Positions 1 through 11,665 of a stretch of DNA of 64,000 bases are shown piece by piece. The position numbers and the translations under genes were made by a program. Under the pieces are notes generated by a model. The model had not been told where the DNA came from and did not search any database. It worked only from the letters and a program-made list of their open reading frames with translations. Source of the DNA: Nitrosomonadales bacterium (lineage in GTDB: Bacteria > Pseudomonadota > Gammaproteobacteria > Burkholderiales > Nitrosomonadaceae). How positions within the stretch are numbered: the first letter of the stretch is position 1; each line of letters opens with the position of its first letter. The stretch is taken from assembly GCA_009886095.1 (NCBI GenBank), contig VFJL01000003.1, positions 5,479 through 69,478 on the forward strand, read 5' to 3'.

Positions 1-247
1 TCTCCACCTGCATGCCAGGAAGTATGCTTTTTCATTGATTCATTCACGCGCGCCTCACCACGGAGGGCTCCTTTCGACACCCCCTTGTGGGATACCCATG
101 AATCATCAGTGAATTTATTTGTTTCCGTCATATCCATTCACACGTTCCGTAAAAGACTGGTAATGTGAAAAAACCAAGATTCGGTAACGTTTCTCCACAA
201 ATCCTCGCCAGCTGCTTTTATCCTCACTCCCCTGACTCCAAGGCAAA

Positions 248-1678
248 TCATGCTTTGCCCCCTGCATCTCCATTCTCCCGCGCAATGCTGGACGCCACCC
301 CACCCACCGACCCTGCACCCATCACCAGTACCACATCGCCGTCTTGTGCCACACTGCGGATGGCGGCAGGCAACTCGTCCACGGTCTCGACATAAATCGG
401 TTCCACCTTGCCTTGCACCCTTACTGCTCGCGCTAACGATCTGCTGTCAGCAGCAACGAGAGGCGCTTCACCTGCGGAATAAACTTCCGTTAACAACAGC
501 ACATCGACGGTAGACAGAACCTTGACGAAATCCTCGAACACATCACGCGTACGCGTGTAACGGTGCGGCTGAAACACCAGTACCAGACGGCGACCAGGAA
601 ATGCGCCGCGTGCAGCAGCAATGGTGGCGGCCATTTCCACCGGGTGATGGCCGTAATCATCGACCAATGTGAAACTTCCGCCCCGGCCACTCTTATCACT
701 AGCTAATCTGACTTCGCCATAACGCTGAAAACGCCGCCCCACACCTCTGAATCCAGCCAACGCGTTGATGATGGCCTCATCCGGCACACCCACCTCGTTG
801 CCAACTGCAATTGCTGCAAGCGCATTCTGCACGTTATGTAACCCTGGCAGATTGAGGGTAATGTCGAGCTTGCGGGTCTTGCCGTTTACTCCTATCAGCG
901 CAGTAAAGTGCATTTTTCCCGCGCTATGACGAATATTCTCAGCGCGGATTAACGCCGTATCTGATAAACCGTATGTAGTGATAGGTCTGGCGATGGTGGG
1001 CATGATCGCGCGCACGTTGACATCATCTACACACAATATCGCCATACCGTAAAAAGGCAGGTGCTGCACAAAATCCACAAATGCCTGTTTTAATCTGCCA
1101 AAATCATGTCCGTAGGTTTCCATGTGATCGGCATCTATATTGGTCACTACTGCCAGCACCGGTTGCAGATAGAGAAACGAGGCATCCGATTCATCCGCTT
1201 CCACCACTATGAACTCACCGCTGCCCAGTTTGGCATGAGAACCCACAGCTTCCAGTCTGCCGCCAATGACGAAGGTCGGATCCATTCCCGCTTCTGCCAG
1301 AACGCTGGCGATCAGGCTGGTGGTGGTGGTCTTGCCGTGAGTGCCGGCAACGGCAATACCTTGGCGCAGTCTCAATAATTCCGCCAACATCATGGCGCGT
1401 GGTACCACCGGGATATTACGTTCGCGTGCCGCGACCACTTCCGGGTTGTCCAGCTTCACCGCAGTCGATGTCACTACCGCATCTGCTGACGCCACATGAT
1501 CACTTGCATGGCCGAGATGAATGGTTATACCCAAGCTTTTTAGGCGCTGTGTAGCGGTGTTGTCGGACAAATCCGAACCACTCACCTGGTAACCCAAGTT
1601 GAGCAACACTTCGGCAATGCCACTCATACCCGAGCCGCCAATGCCTACGAAATGAACATGTTTGACTTTATGTTTCAT
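248..1678 (-). CDS. murC: UDP-N-acetylmuramate--L-alanine ligase
   Basis: 476-aa ORF with [18 protein letters not shown]-terminal nucleotide fold and [10 protein letters not shown] Mur-ligase P-loop. Last gene of the colinear dcw cluster seen here. Confidence 0.95.
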   Translation of the reverse strand: MKHKVKHVHFVGIGGSGMSGIAEVLLNLGYQVSGSDLSDNTATQRLKSLGITIHLGHASDHVASADAVVTSTAVKLDNPEVVAARERNIPVVPRAMMLAELLRLRQGIAVAGTHGKTTTTSLIASVLAEAGMDPTFVIGGRLEAVGSHAKLGSGEFIVVEADESDASFLYLQPVLAVVTNIDADHMETYGHDFGRLKQAFVDFVQHLPFYGMAILCVDDVNVRAIMPTIARPITTYGLSDTALIRAENIRHSAGKMHFTALIGVNGKTRKLDITLNLPGLHNVQNALAAIAVGNEVGVPDEAIINALAGFRGVGRRFQRYGEVRLASDKSGRGGSFTLVDDYGHHPVEMAATIAAARGAFPGRRLVLVFQPHRYTRTRDVFEDFVKVLSTVDVLLLTEVYSAGEAPLVAADSRSLARAVRVQGKVEPIYVETVDELPAAIRSVAQDGDVVLVMGAGSVGGVASSIARENGDAGGKA

Positions 1679-1778
1679 ATTCCCGGATTCGCGAAACGTA
1701 AAAGAATCGTAACGACTTAAAAAGAGTGCCGGTTTTACTCACCCCCCCACTCCCCACTACCTGGCTTCCACTCCTTAT

Positions 1779-2864
1779 TCATGCCTTTGCCATCTCCATG
1801 CAAGCTTGCGCCACCAGCTGAGTCGCATCGGGTTTCGCCAGTGCGCGCGCCTTTACCGCCATCTCTAATAATCTCACGCGGGTTAACCCCATCAAAAGTT
1901 GTGCCAGAGCTTGTGGAGTCAGTTCGTTTTGGGGCAGCAGCAGTGCTGCATCCTGGTCGCTTAGAAAACTTGCATTGCTGGTCTGATGATCGTCTACGGC
2001 GAACGGGAACGGCACCAGAATGCTCGCCACCCCCGCTGCTGCCAGTTCAGCGATTGTGAGTGCGCCAGCGCGGCAAATCACCAAATCGCAATCAGCATAG
2101 CAAGCCGCCATATCCTCAATGAACGCCACCAGCTCACCTGCTACTTCTGCTTCAAAATAATTTTTTCTTAGCGTATCCAGATGCTTCGCTCCTGCCTGAT
2201 GCATCACCTGCGGACGCCTATTTTCTGGAATCAGTCTCAGCGCCTGCGGTACGATGGCATTCAGCGCATGTGCGCCAAGGCTGCCACCTATTACCAGCAG
2301 TTTCAATTCTCCACTACCGCTTTTGTCACGTGCGGCATACCTTATTTCTGGCGCATCCAATTGGCTTATAGCTTTACGCACCGGATTACCAGAAAATACT
2401 GCTTTTTTATCGCTCCTGGTTACATCCGGAAAACCCAGAAAAACTTTATCTGCAAACTTCGCCAACACTTTGTTGGTGAGGCCAGGTATTGAATTCTGTT
2501 CGTGTATCACCAGCGGCTTGCCGAGTAACGCAGCCATCATGCCACCGGGAAATGCCGGGTAACCACCCATGCCCAACACTACGTCGGGACGCACATGGAA
2601 CATTATCTTGGCGCTTTGCCAGAATGCCAGCAGCAGTCGCAGCGGCAGCGTAAACCAGGTCATGGTATTTTTCCCGCGCAAGCCGGAAAAACGGATAATA
2701 CTTATGTCATATCCTCGTTGCGGTACCAGCATAGTCTCCATTCCTCCCTCGGTTCCCAGCCACACGACGCGCCAACCCTCTGCCTTCATGTAGTCCGCCA
2801 CAGCCAATCCGGGAAACACATGACCACCAGTTCCGCCAGCCATGATCAGGATGGTGCGCGTCAA
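1779..2864 (-). CDS. murG: UDP-N-acetylglucosamine--N-acetylmuramyl-(pentapeptide) pyrophosphoryl-undecaprenol N-acetylglucosamine transferase
   Basis: 361-aa ORF with N-terminal MAGGTGGHVFPGLAVA glycosyltransferase-28 signature. Lies between ftsW and murC. Confidence 0.95.
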   Translation of the reverse strand: MTRTILIMAGGTGGHVFPGLAVADYMKAEGWRVVWLGTEGGMETMLVPQRGYDISIIRFSGLRGKNTMTWFTLPLRLLLAFWQSAKIMFHVRPDVVLGMGGYPAFPGGMMAALLGKPLVIHEQNSIPGLTNKVLAKFADKVFLGFPDVTRSDKKAVFSGNPVRKAISQLDAPEIRYAARDKSGSGELKLLVIGGSLGAHALNAIVPQALRLIPENRRPQVMHQAGAKHLDTLRKNYFEAEVAGELVAFIEDMAACYADCDLVICRAGALTIAELAAAGVASILVPFPFAVDDHQTSNASFLSDQDAALLLPQNELTPQALAQLLMGLTRVRLLEMAVKARALAKPDATQLVAQACMEMAKA

Positions 2865-2903
2865 GTCAAAGCTCCCACATTAATCCTCTCTGTGAGCAGC
2901 AAT

Positions 2904-4067
2904 TCATACAGCGAAACCTCGCATGAGTTGTCGATTTTCCCAATCCACCCGTAGCAACACCGCCAGTGCGACACAATTGGCGACAATACTGCTGCCACCG
3001 AAACTCATCAGCGGCAAAGTCAATCCCTTGGTTGGCAAAACTCCCATATTTACGCCCATATTGATGAAAGCCTGTACCCCCAACCATACGCCAATGCCTT
3101 GTGCCACCAGTGCGGCAAAGTGGCGCTCCCGCATAGCCGCTTGGCGGCCTATTACGAAGGCACGTATCACCAACCCCGAGAATAGCGCCACTACTGTTGC
3201 CACGCCGATGAAACCAAGCTCTTCTGCAATCACTGCAAGCAGAAAATCAGTATGTGCTTCGGGCAGGTAAAAAAGTTTCTCCACACTGGCACCCAAGCCA
3301 ACACCCAGCCATTCTCCGCGCCCGAATGCAATCAAGGCATGACTTAACTGGTAGCCTTTCCCATAAGGATCGATCCACGGATCCATGAACCCCACAATGC
3401 GCTGCATGCGGTAAGGCTCAACCCAGATCAGCGTCAATAGCCCAGCAACCAGAAAACTGATCAGTCCCACGAACAGCTTCAAGTTGACTCCCCCCAGAAA
3501 CAGGGCGGCCATCGCGATGATGGTAATAACAACAAATGCGCCGAAATCCGGTTCACGCAGCAACAACAGACCTATCACCAGCATGGCAATCAGCATGGGG
3601 AGAAAACCTTTGCGAAAACTATCCAGGTGCGCGGTTTTGCGGACGGTGTAATCAGCGGCGTAAATCACCATGAACAATTTCATAAACTCGGATGGCTGTA
3701 AGTTCACTACTAACAGCGATAACCAGCGTCGACTGCCGTTAACCTCACGACCTATCCCGGGAATCAACACCAGCACCAGCAGCAGCATTCCCAGCAGAAA
3801 CAGATGGAATGAATATTTCTGCCATGCTTGCGTCGGTACCTGGAATGCAATCAACCCCACCAGCAGGCCTACCAGCAGATAGGCGCTATGCCGCACAAGA
3901 AAATGGGCCGCATAACCACCGGTATTTCGCCCCGCCTCGGCGATGGCGATAGAAGCGGAATAAACCATCACTAACCCCAGGCTCAACAACAATATCGCAG
4001 ACCAGATCAGAACCCGATCAAAGTCGTGTAGCATTCTCTGGCTGTTGATGTTGGCCTGGTAAATCAT
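2904..4067 (-). CDS. ftsW: SEDS-family cell division protein / peptidoglycan glycosyltransferase FtsW
   Basis: 387-aa polytopic membrane ORF of the FtsW/RodA type. Canonical dcw position between murD and murG, with a 4-nt overlap with the murD stop. Confidence 0.92.
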   Translation of the reverse strand: MIYQANINSQRMLHDFDRVLIWSAILLLSLGLVMVYSASIAIAEAGRNTGGYAAHFLVRHSAYLLVGLLVGLIAFQVPTQAWQKYSFHLFLLGMLLLVLVLIPGIGREVNGSRRWLSLLVVNLQPSEFMKLFMVIYAADYTVRKTAHLDSFRKGFLPMLIAMLVIGLLLLREPDFGAFVVITIIAMAALFLGGVNLKLFVGLISFLVAGLLTLIWVEPYRMQRIVGFMDPWIDPYGKGYQLSHALIAFGRGEWLGVGLGASVEKLFYLPEAHTDFLLAVIAEELGFIGVATVVALFSGLVIRAFVIGRQAAMRERHFAALVAQGIGVWLGVQAFINMGVNMGVLPTKGLTLPLMSFGGSSIVANCVALAVLLRVDWENRQLMRGFAV

Positions 4068-5491
4068 TGGCTGAGACCTTGATGGGTCGTGGCTTGAATT
4101 TTTGTTTCCATATCCCTCACTGCTGCAACGAACACCTCAGCACGGTGAGCGTAATTTCTGAACATATCGAAGCTGGCACAAGCTGGTGACATCAGCACTG
4201 CATCACCTTTCAGTGCCAGCGCAAAGCTTTGTTGTACTGCCTCTTCCATCGTAGCCACCTGATGCAGCGGCACACCGCAACCATCCAGTGCAGCGGCAAT
4301 CTTCTCTGCATCGCGCCCGATCAGCACTACCGCGCGCGCGCATTCTGCAATCGGCTGTCTCAACGGTGAGAAATCCTGCCTCTTGCCATCGCCGCCGGCG
4401 ATCAGTACTACACTTTGTGCCATGCCGCTCAAGGCCGCCACCGTGGCACCCACGTTAGTGCCTTTCGAGTCGTCGTAGAAGGTGACCCCGCTGAACATCG
4501 CCACTTTCTCCATTCGATGCGGCAACCCCTTAAATTCACGCAAGGCCTGCAGCAATGGTTCAAACGGCAATCCCACGGCACGGCATAGCGCTAACGCAGC
4601 CAGCGCATTGGCTGCATTGTGCTGGCCGGCAATGGCGAGCTCACTGGCTTTCATCAGGTGCATGCTCCCCTGTGCCAGCCAAGTATCGCCACCGTCACGC
4701 AGCAAACCAAAATCACTATCGGCAACCGGCGCATTCAGGCCGAAAGTTATCTGTTTTCTCCCCGGCAACGCCATTGCGCACACCAACGGGTCATCACGGT
4801 TAAGAATCTGTACACCACCACCGCTGTCGCCAGCCTCACCCAAAAATATCCTGGCCTTGGCAGCGGCGTAATCCTTCATTCCGGAGTAACGGTCGAAATG
4901 GTCTTCGCATAAATTCAACACTACCGCCGCATCAGGATTAAAACTGCGGGTGGTTTCCAACTGAAAACTGGAAACCTCCAGAACCCATGATTGAGGCAGT
5001 CTTCCGGTATTTTCCCGCTGCATCAATGCATCCAGTGCTGCCGGACCGATATTGCCCGCCACCTCGACATCCCACCCGGCTCTCTTCACCATCGCCCCTA
5101 CCATGGCAGTCACTGTCGTCTTACCGTTGGAACCAGTGATGGCCAGGATTTTTGGTTTTGAACTGCTGATCTGCCTAAGCGCTAAAACGAAAAGCTCAAT
5201 ATCCCCCAGTACCGGTACACCGCGCTTTATTGCCTGCTGCACCAGCGGTTCCGCCAACGGCACACCGGGACTGATAGCGATGAGATCTATTCCGGCGAAG
5301 GCCTCGGCTGCAAACGTACCGGTGAATACCTGCGTCGCGGGTACGACCCGTTTCAACGCATCTAGATTAGGTGGTGCTACACGACTGTCAGCAGCGCGCA
5401 CGTTCGCACCCAGGCACGCCAGCCACTTGGCCATAGACAATCCGGTTTCACCCATTCCCAGTACCAACACAGTCTTATCTCGCAAATTCAT
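4064..5491 (-). CDS. murD: UDP-N-acetylmuramoyl-L-alanine--D-glutamate ligase
   Basis: 475-aa ORF with GMGETGLS N-terminal fold and [11 protein letters not shown]-loop. Canonical dcw position. Confidence 0.95.
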   Translation of the reverse strand: MNLRDKTVLVLGMGETGLSMAKWLACLGANVRAADSRVAPPNLDALKRVVPATQVFTGTFAAEAFAGIDLIAISPGVPLAEPLVQQAIKRGVPVLGDIELFVLALRQISSSKPKILAITGSNGKTTVTAMVGAMVKRAGWDVEVAGNIGPAALDALMQRENTGRLPQSWVLEVSSFQLETTRSFNPDAAVVLNLCEDHFDRYSGMKDYAAAKARIFLGEAGDSGGGVQILNRDDPLVCAMALPGRKQITFGLNAPVADSDFGLLRDGGDTWLAQGSMHLMKASELAIAGQHNAANALAALALCRAVGLPFEPLLQALREFKGLPHRMEKVAMFSGVTFYDDSKGTNVGATVAALSGMAQSVVLIAGGDGKRQDFSPLRQPIAECARAVVLIGRDAEKIAAALDGCGVPLHQVATMEEAVQQSFALALKGDAVLMSPACASFDMFRNYAHRAEVFVAAVRDMETKIQATTHQGLSQ

Positions 5492-5510
5492 AGGGGCACC
5501 TCAGAGTCCT

Positions 5511-6596
5511 CTATCGCAACTTCAACGTAGACAACCCAAACAGCACCAGCATCATGGTGATAATCCAGAAACGCACCACCACCTGATTCTCTTTCCAGCC
5601 CTTCAATTCGTAGTGATGATGTAGCGGTGCCATGCGAAAAATACGCTTCCCCGTCAACTTGAACGAAGCCACTTGTAAAATCACTGATAAGGTTTCCACC
5701 ACGAACACACCACCCATGATGACCAGCACGATCTCCTGGCGCACGATTACCGTCACCACACCCAGCGCAGCGCCAAGCGCAAGCGCACCAACGTCGCCCA
5801 TAAATACTTCGGCTGGATAAGCGTTGAACCACAGAAAGGCAAGTCCGGCACCTGCCAGCGCTCCGCAGAATACGGCTAACTCACCTGCATGCGGGACATA
5901 GGGAATACCGAGATATTTCGCGAATACCGCATGACCCGCCACGTAAGCGAAGATTGCCAGAGCGCTACTGATCATCACGGTCGGCATGATGGCCAGACCA
6001 TCGAGGCCGTCGGTTAGGTTCACCGCATTGCTCGTGCCTACTATGACAAAGTAAGCCAACGCCACGAAACCGAACACGCCCAGTGGTATCGCTACCTGCT
6101 TGAAAAAAGGCACAATTAAACTGGTCTGCGATGGCAGATCAGCAGTGAGAACAAGATACAGCGCCACTGAGATCGCAATCACTGATTGCCAGAAAAATTT
6201 GGACTTAGCGGAAAGCCCCTTTGGATTGCGATACACCACCTTGCGATAATCGTCTACCCAGCCGATCACACCAAAACCCAGGGTAGTCAGCAACACCACC
6301 CATATGTAGCGATTGCTCAAATCTGCCCACAGCAAGGTGGTAATGGTGATGGATACTAGAATCAACGCACCGCCCATGGTCGGCGTGCCCGCTTTGACAA
6401 GGTGGGATTGCGGCCCGTCATCGCGTACCGATTGTCCGATTTTATAGGCGGTTAGCTTGCGTATCATGACCGGACCAACAATGAATGAGATCGCCAAGGC
6501 AGTAAGTGCCGCCAACACCGTGCGCAAAGTAATGTAATTAAGCACATTGAATGCACGGACATCCTTGGCAAGCCATTGGGCAAGCTCTAGCAGCAT
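5511..6596 (-). CDS. mraY: phospho-N-acetylmuramoyl-pentapeptide transferase
   Basis: 361-aa polytopic ORF with the [14 protein letters not shown] MraY signature. Canonical dcw position. Confidence 0.95.
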   Translation of the reverse strand: MLLELAQWLAKDVRAFNVLNYITLRTVLAALTALAISFIVGPVMIRKLTAYKIGQSVRDDGPQSHLVKAGTPTMGGALILVSITITTLLWADLSNRYIWVVLLTTLGFGVIGWVDDYRKVVYRNPKGLSAKSKFFWQSVIAISVALYLVLTADLPSQTSLIVPFFKQVAIPLGVFGFVALAYFVIVGTSNAVNLTDGLDGLAIMPTVMISSALAIFAYVAGHAVFAKYLGIPYVPHAGELAVFCGALAGAGLAFLWFNAYPAEVFMGDVGALALGAALGVVTVIVRQEIVLVIMGGVFVVETLSVILQVASFKLTGKRIFRMAPLHHHYELKGWKENQVVVRFWIITMMLVLFGLSTLKLR

Positions 6597-6656
6597 GACA
6601 ATCGCAAAAATAAAATTTGGTTTCTCATAATTACTTCATACTCAAAAATTCAGTAC

Positions 6657-8015
6657 TCATAACTCGATACCCTTGACCACTCGCTCCATTTGCATGAAGC
6701 GCGACCCCTTTACCAGCACTGTGACATCGGCTGCCAGTTGATTCCTGACTTCGATCAACAACTCCTCGATTCGCTCGAAATGTCGTGCCTCTGCACCGAA
6801 TTTCGCCACAGCATATGCGCTCAATTCGCCCATAGTGAACAGCTTGTCTATCCCTGCGCGGCGCGCATCTTCACCGATACACTCGTGAAAAACTACTGCG
6901 CTTCCACCCAACTCGCCCATATCACCCAGCACTAGAATTTTTTTACCTGGAACTGCAGCTAACACCGCCAGCGCGGCTCGCACCGATTCCGGGTTAGCGT
7001 TGTAGCTGTCATCTATCAGCGTCGAATCATGCAAACCGCATTTTTTCTGCATGCGCCCCTTCACCCCACTGAACCCGCTCAGTCCCAATGCGATAGTTTT
7101 CTTGCCAATGCCCATAGCCGTTGTTGCTGCTGCCGCCGCAAGCGCATTACGCACGCTATGTTCACCGGGGACCTGCAATGCCACCTCCTCGACTCCGTCA
7201 GGAAGTGTCAATGTCATTTTGCTGCCGAACAGATTCACTTGATAGTGGGCACTTACCGTTGCGCCTCCACCTAGAGCAAAATCTACCACCCGTCTGCCGC
7301 CTGCGAGCTCGCGCCATAACGGCGCATAAGGGTCATCAGCGTTGATAACCGCCACCCCCGTCTGATCCAGCCCTTCGAAAACCTCACCCTTGGCACGGGC
7401 AACTGCCTCTACCGAACCGAGCCCTTCAACATGTGCTGTGCCTGCATTGGTTATCAGGGCCACGCTGGGCTTGGACAGTCTGGTCAAGTATGAGATCTCA
7501 CCGGTATGATTCATGCCCATTTCGATCACCGCGTAAGCATGCTGTTCGCGCAATCGCAGCAACGTCTGCGGCACACCGATATCATTATTGAGGTTGCCTG
7601 CCGTCGCCAACACCCTATCTGCACCACCCTCTCTCTGACGCAGAATCGATGCAATCATTTCTTTCACCGTGGTCTTGCCGTTGCTACCTGTCACTGCAAC
7701 CAGTGGAATGGTAAAACGCCCGCGCCAGTATGCCGCTAACCGCCCCAATCCCAGCCGTGTATCCTTCACCAGTATCAAGGGGATTCCTGACTCCTGATTT
7801 CCGATCTCTAACCCTTGACACACCATTGCAGCTACCGCGCCTTTCTCCTTTGCTATGGCTACAAACTTATGGCCGTCGAATTTATCCCCTCTCAACGCGA
7901 TAAATAAATCACCGCATTTCACCGTGCGACTATCCGTACTAACCCCGGTAAAGACCACATTTTTACCGTGCCATTCAGCATCCAGGACACGGACCGCCTC
8001 CTGCACTGCCATCAT
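6657..8015 (-). CDS. murF: UDP-N-acetylmuramoyl-tripeptide--D-alanyl-D-alanine ligase
   Basis: The ORF runs to 8063. The ATG at 8015 (MMAVQEAV...) overlaps the murE stop as ATGA and is the likelier start. Carries the [11 protein letters not shown]-loop. Confidence 0.9.
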   Translation of the reverse strand: MMAVQEAVRVLDAEWHGKNVVFTGVSTDSRTVKCGDLFIALRGDKFDGHKFVAIAKEKGAVAAMVCQGLEIGNQESGIPLILVKDTRLGLGRLAAYWRGRFTIPLVAVTGSNGKTTVKEMIASILRQREGGADRVLATAGNLNNDIGVPQTLLRLREQHAYAVIEMGMNHTGEISYLTRLSKPSVALITNAGTAHVEGLGSVEAVARAKGEVFEGLDQTGVAVINADDPYAPLWRELAGGRRVVDFALGGGATVSAHYQVNLFGSKMTLTLPDGVEEVALQVPGEHSVRNALAAAAATTAMGIGKKTIALGLSGFSGVKGRMQKKCGLHDSTLIDDSYNANPESVRAALAVLAAVPGKKILVLGDMGELGGSAVVFHECIGEDARRAGIDKLFTMGELSAYAVAKFGAEARHFERIEELLIEVRNQLAADVTVLVKGSRFMQMERVVKGIEL

Positions 8016-9595
8016 CTTTGCACCTGTATTTTTTGATCTGCCATATCCTGTAGTACCTGGCACGCGACTTCACTGTCACTGAACGGAAATTTATGCTTAC
8101 CGATTTCCTGATGCACCTCATGCCCTTTGCCTGCAATCAGCACCACATCACCCTGACGCGCATCGTGTATTGCCCGGTAAATCGCTGTTGCCCGGTCTTC
8201 CTCGATATGGTAGTTAGCGTCTGCTGCTACTGCGATCTCGTTGATGATGTCGCGAGGGTTTTCGCTACGCGGATTATCGCTGGTGATGATGACTTCATCT
8301 GCCAGTCGCGACGCCACCTGTCCCAGCAGCGGACGCTTGCCGCGATCACGCTCACCACCGCAGCCGAACACACAGACTAGTTTTGAGTTTCTGGTTTTGG
8401 TTTCCTGATTGCTCTCGGAGCTACGAAGAACTTCACGCAGTGTCGTCAGCACCTTCTCCAGAGCATCCGGAGTATGTGCGTAATCCACCACTACGAGCGG
8501 TTGATCGCCACCCCCCAACCGCTCCATCCTGCCTGCTATCGGCCGCACTTGCTGCACAGCTTGCACCGCATCAACCAGCTTGATGCCGCTGGCCAGCAAA
8601 GTAGCCAGCACTGCCAGCAAGTTGGAAGCGTTGAATCTACCCACCACTTCAGTTTTAAATTTTGCCCGTTCGTTCTTAAACGTGATATCGAACTCCAGGC
8701 CACCGATGCTTGACTTGAGATTGCTCCCCTGTACCACGCTGATCTTTCCTGAATCCCCGCTCCTGATCCCCGATTCTTCAAATCCGTAGCCAATAATCTG
8801 CATGGGCATACCTGCAAGCCGCTGCGATAACTCGATACCCATTACATCATCTAGATTGAGTACGGCATATTTGAGCCCGGGCCAGAAGAATAATCGCGCC
8901 TTAACAGCGGCGTACTCCTTCATGCTGCCGTGATAATCAAGATGATCGCGTGACAGATTGGTAAACAATGCCACCGCGAATACCGCACCATTAATACGCT
9001 CTTGCTCAATCCCATGCGACGACACTTCCATGGCCACACATTCGGCGCCATGCTGTAAAAAATCCGCCATTTCCTGCTGCAGCAGAACAGCATCCGGCGT
9101 GGTATTGGTAGTGGATTTAAGCGCACTGGGAAACCCGTTTCCCAAAGTGCCGATGACAGCAGTTTTTCTACCGAGGGCTGTCATGGCTTGTGCGATCCAA
9201 TGGCTGCACGAAGTCTTGCCGTTAGTTCCGGTGATACCGATAAGCCATAACTTTTGCGATGGCTGGCCATATATCTGGCTGGCAATCATTCCTGCCTTGG
9301 CTTTCAGTTTCGCTATCGGCAGATTGGGTATCTGCCATGCCGGGTTCCAGACAAAACCATGCTGCCGCTCCCACAACACCGCATTTGCTCCCGCAGCGAT
9401 AGCTTGGGGAATGAATTCACGGGCATCGGATTTATCTCCGGCATAGGCGAGAAATGTGTCTCCCGACTTCACCATGCGGCTGTCGGTAACAAGATTGTTA
9501 ATCTTGATGCCGAGATCATTGAGAAGATGAGAATCAAACTGTATTTCTGATTTTTTCCTGGGTTCCAAATCCCAGATCCCGAATCCCGTATTCAT
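8012..9595 (-). CDS. murE: UDP-N-acetylmuramoyl-L-alanyl-D-glutamate--2,6-diaminopimelate ligase
   Basis: 527-aa ORF with GITGTNGKTS P-loop and the DNPR motif (TSDNPRSENP) typical of meso-DAP-adding MurE. Confidence 0.93.
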   Translation of the reverse strand: MNTGFGIWDLEPRKKSEIQFDSHLLNDLGIKINNLVTDSRMVKSGDTFLAYAGDKSDAREFIPQAIAAGANAVLWERQHGFVWNPAWQIPNLPIAKLKAKAGMIASQIYGQPSQKLWLIGITGTNGKTSCSHWIAQAMTALGRKTAVIGTLGNGFPSALKSTTNTTPDAVLLQQEMADFLQHGAECVAMEVSSHGIEQERINGAVFAVALFTNLSRDHLDYHGSMKEYAAVKARLFFWPGLKYAVLNLDDVMGIELSQRLAGMPMQIIGYGFEESGIRSGDSGKISVVQGSNLKSSIGGLEFDITFKNERAKFKTEVVGRFNASNLLAVLATLLASGIKLVDAVQAVQQVRPIAGRMERLGGGDQPLVVVDYAHTPDALEKVLTTLREVLRSSESNQETKTRNSKLVCVFGCGGERDRGKRPLLGQVASRLADEVIITSDNPRSENPRDIINEIAVAADANYHIEEDRATAIYRAIHDARQGDVVLIAGKGHEVHQEIGKHKFPFSDSEVACQVLQDMADQKIQVQR

Positions 9596-11316
9596 ACATC
9601 ACCCTGCAACTCAGGTGCTGCCGGGAATGAAACAATATTATTAGTGGGCGCATCATGTGGAACACTCAATATGCGCAGAGCACCAGCCATTACTTGGCTG
9701 AACACCGGGGCTGCCACTATGCCACCAAAATATTGGCCTGCAGATGGCTCATCCAGCATCACTGCGATAACCAGCCGTGGACTGGAAGCTGGTGCATAAC
9801 CGACAAATGTGGCGATATAACGGTTTTTTGCATAACCGTTACCCTCCAGCTTATGAGCGGTGCCGGTCTTGCCTGCTACCCGATAACCGCTAATTTGCGC
9901 ACGCGGTGCAGTGCCGCCCGGTCCCGCCACCATCTCCAGCATTCTGCTCATGGCAAGAGCCGTCTCGCGCGAAATCACCCGCTCACCCACTACGGGTGCA
10001 TCGAGCTTTAGCAGCGACACCGGCTTCAATTCACCTTCTGTAGAAAACAAAGTGTAGGCGCGCGCCAATTGCAACAAGCTCACAGAGATGCCATGGCCAT
10101 ATGACATGGTGGCTTGTTCGATGGGACGCCAGGTATGGTGTGGACGTAACCTGCCATTAACTTCTCCGGGAAATCCAGAACCGGTGGATGTGCCAAAACC
10201 GGAGCGGCTCAGCATTTCCCATAGCGTTTGCGGTGGCAGTGACAATGCAATCTTTGCGGAGCCAACATTACTGGATTTCTGTACCACCTGCGCCACCGTC
10301 AACGGACCTTCCTTGTGAGAATCGCGTATCGTGGCCTTGCCTATGGTAAGAGTACCGGGTGCCGTCTGGAATATCGTGTCAGGCTCAATCACACCCGCTT
10401 CCAATGCTGCCGCTATGGTAAAAGGTTTCAGGGTTGAACCCGGCTCGAATACATCGGTCAAGGCGCGGTTGCGTGCGCGCGCACCGCTTATTCTCGCCCG
10501 GTTGTTAGGGTTGTAGGCTGGCAGATTGGCGAGTGCCAGCACCTCACCGGTTTGCGCATCCAGCACCACGATCCCGCCGGCCTTGGCTTTGCTGGCCTCC
10601 ACTGCCTGCTTCAGTTCCCGGTAGGCGAGATACTGGATTTTGCTGTCTATGGATAGCGCTATGTCTTTTCCCGGCCTGGGCGCACGAATACTCTCCACAT
10701 CCTCGACAATACTTCCTTTTCGATCCTTAATTACTCGACGGCTACCGGGCTTTCCAGAAAGCGTATCCTGCCACGCCAGCTCGATTCCTTCCTGCCCATT
10801 GTCATCCACATCGGTAAAACCGAGCATATGCGCCGTCAACTCACCCGCCGGGTAATATCGGCGAAATTCACGCCGGAGAAATACGCCTGGCATATTGAGT
10901 TCAACCACCCTAGCTGCGATCTCTGGCGGCAAATGCCGTTTCAGGTAAACAAAATCCCGCTGCGATCCACCGATACGCTTGCGAACTTCCTCGACGTCCA
11001 TTTCGATCAGGCCTGCCAGTTTTTTGATTTGCGTGGAAGTTGCATCCATATCCTGTGGACTCGCCCACACCGACTCCACCGGCGTACTGATTGCAAGCGG
11101 TTCGCCGTGCCGGTCTGTAATCATGCCTCGGTGTGCGCTCATTTCAATCACTCGGCTGTAACGCGACTCGCCCTTCTGTTGCAAAAAATCGTTATGCATC
11201 CCTTGCAAATAGGCCGCACGTCCCGCCAATCCGAGCAGCCCCAGCAACAAAACCGCCGCTAGAAAACGTGAGCGCCCTGCGGGCAGAATGCTACACGGTG
11301 CAAAATTTGGCATCAC
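9592..11316 (-). CDS. ftsI: peptidoglycan D,D-transpeptidase FtsI (PBP3)
   Basis: 574-aa ORF with the three penicillin-binding motifs STLKP, SSN and KTGT. N-terminal membrane anchor. Overlaps ftsL and murE by 4 nt each. Confidence 0.93.
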   Translation of the reverse strand: MMPNFAPCSILPAGRSRFLAAVLLLGLLGLAGRAAYLQGMHNDFLQQKGESRYSRVIEMSAHRGMITDRHGEPLAISTPVESVWASPQDMDATSTQIKKLAGLIEMDVEEVRKRIGGSQRDFVYLKRHLPPEIAARVVELNMPGVFLRREFRRYYPAGELTAHMLGFTDVDDNGQEGIELAWQDTLSGKPGSRRVIKDRKGSIVEDVESIRAPRPGKDIALSIDSKIQYLAYRELKQAVEASKAKAGGIVVLDAQTGEVLALANLPAYNPNNRARISGARARNRALTDVFEPGSTLKPFTIAAALEAGVIEPDTIFQTAPGTLTIGKATIRDSHKEGPLTVAQVVQKSSNVGSAKIALSLPPQTLWEMLSRSGFGTSTGSGFPGEVNGRLRPHHTWRPIEQATMSYGHGISVSLLQLARAYTLFSTEGELKPVSLLKLDAPVVGERVISRETALAMSRMLEMVAGPGGTAPRAQISGYRVAGKTGTAHKLEGNGYAKNRYIATFVGYAPASSPRLVIAVMLDEPSAGQYFGGIVAAPVFSQVMAGALRILSVPHDAPTNNIVSFPAAPELQGDV

Positions 11317-11618
11317 GGTTTGGTTGCTCCTGCAATAACATTTGAGTTGACCGAATCCGCCGGCAAAACAATTCGAATACGTGATGCATCCGGCACTCTC
11401 ATGCGAAGTATCCCGCTGGCAATTTTTTCAACACGCGCATGCATTGCCCAAGTACTTAGTTCAAGTTGCAACTGCCCCCACTCCACCGCCAATTGCCTTG
11501 CCAGTTTCTGTTCTGTCTCCAGTTCCACAAAAAGCTTGCGTGCGTTATGCTGTGAAGTCACAACACTCAACGCACAGACAACGAGGATAAGAGTCAGTAG
11601 CAGATTTAGCCTGGTCAT
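11313..11618 (-). CDS. ftsL: cell division protein FtsL
   Basis: 101-aa ORF with a single N-terminal TM helix (LNLLLTLILVVCALSVV) followed by a coiled-coil-like region. Canonical position between rsmH and ftsI. Confidence 0.8.
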   Translation of the reverse strand: MTRLNLLLTLILVVCALSVVTSQHNARKLFVELETEQKLARQLAVEWGQLQLELSTWAMHARVEKIASGILRMRVPDASRIRIVLPADSVNSNVIAGATKP

Positions 11619-11665
11619 ATGTCTGCCTCCGAGTAACGAAGATCACTCCTATTGCCGTCTGCCAG

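Noticed and set aside
1-247. Expected start of ddl (or another dcw gene) downstream of murC at the left edge.
   Set aside because: Only an 11-15-codon open stretch reaches the window edge on the minus strand (…MKKHTSWHAGGE). It shows no Ddl-like motif, and it is too short to call.
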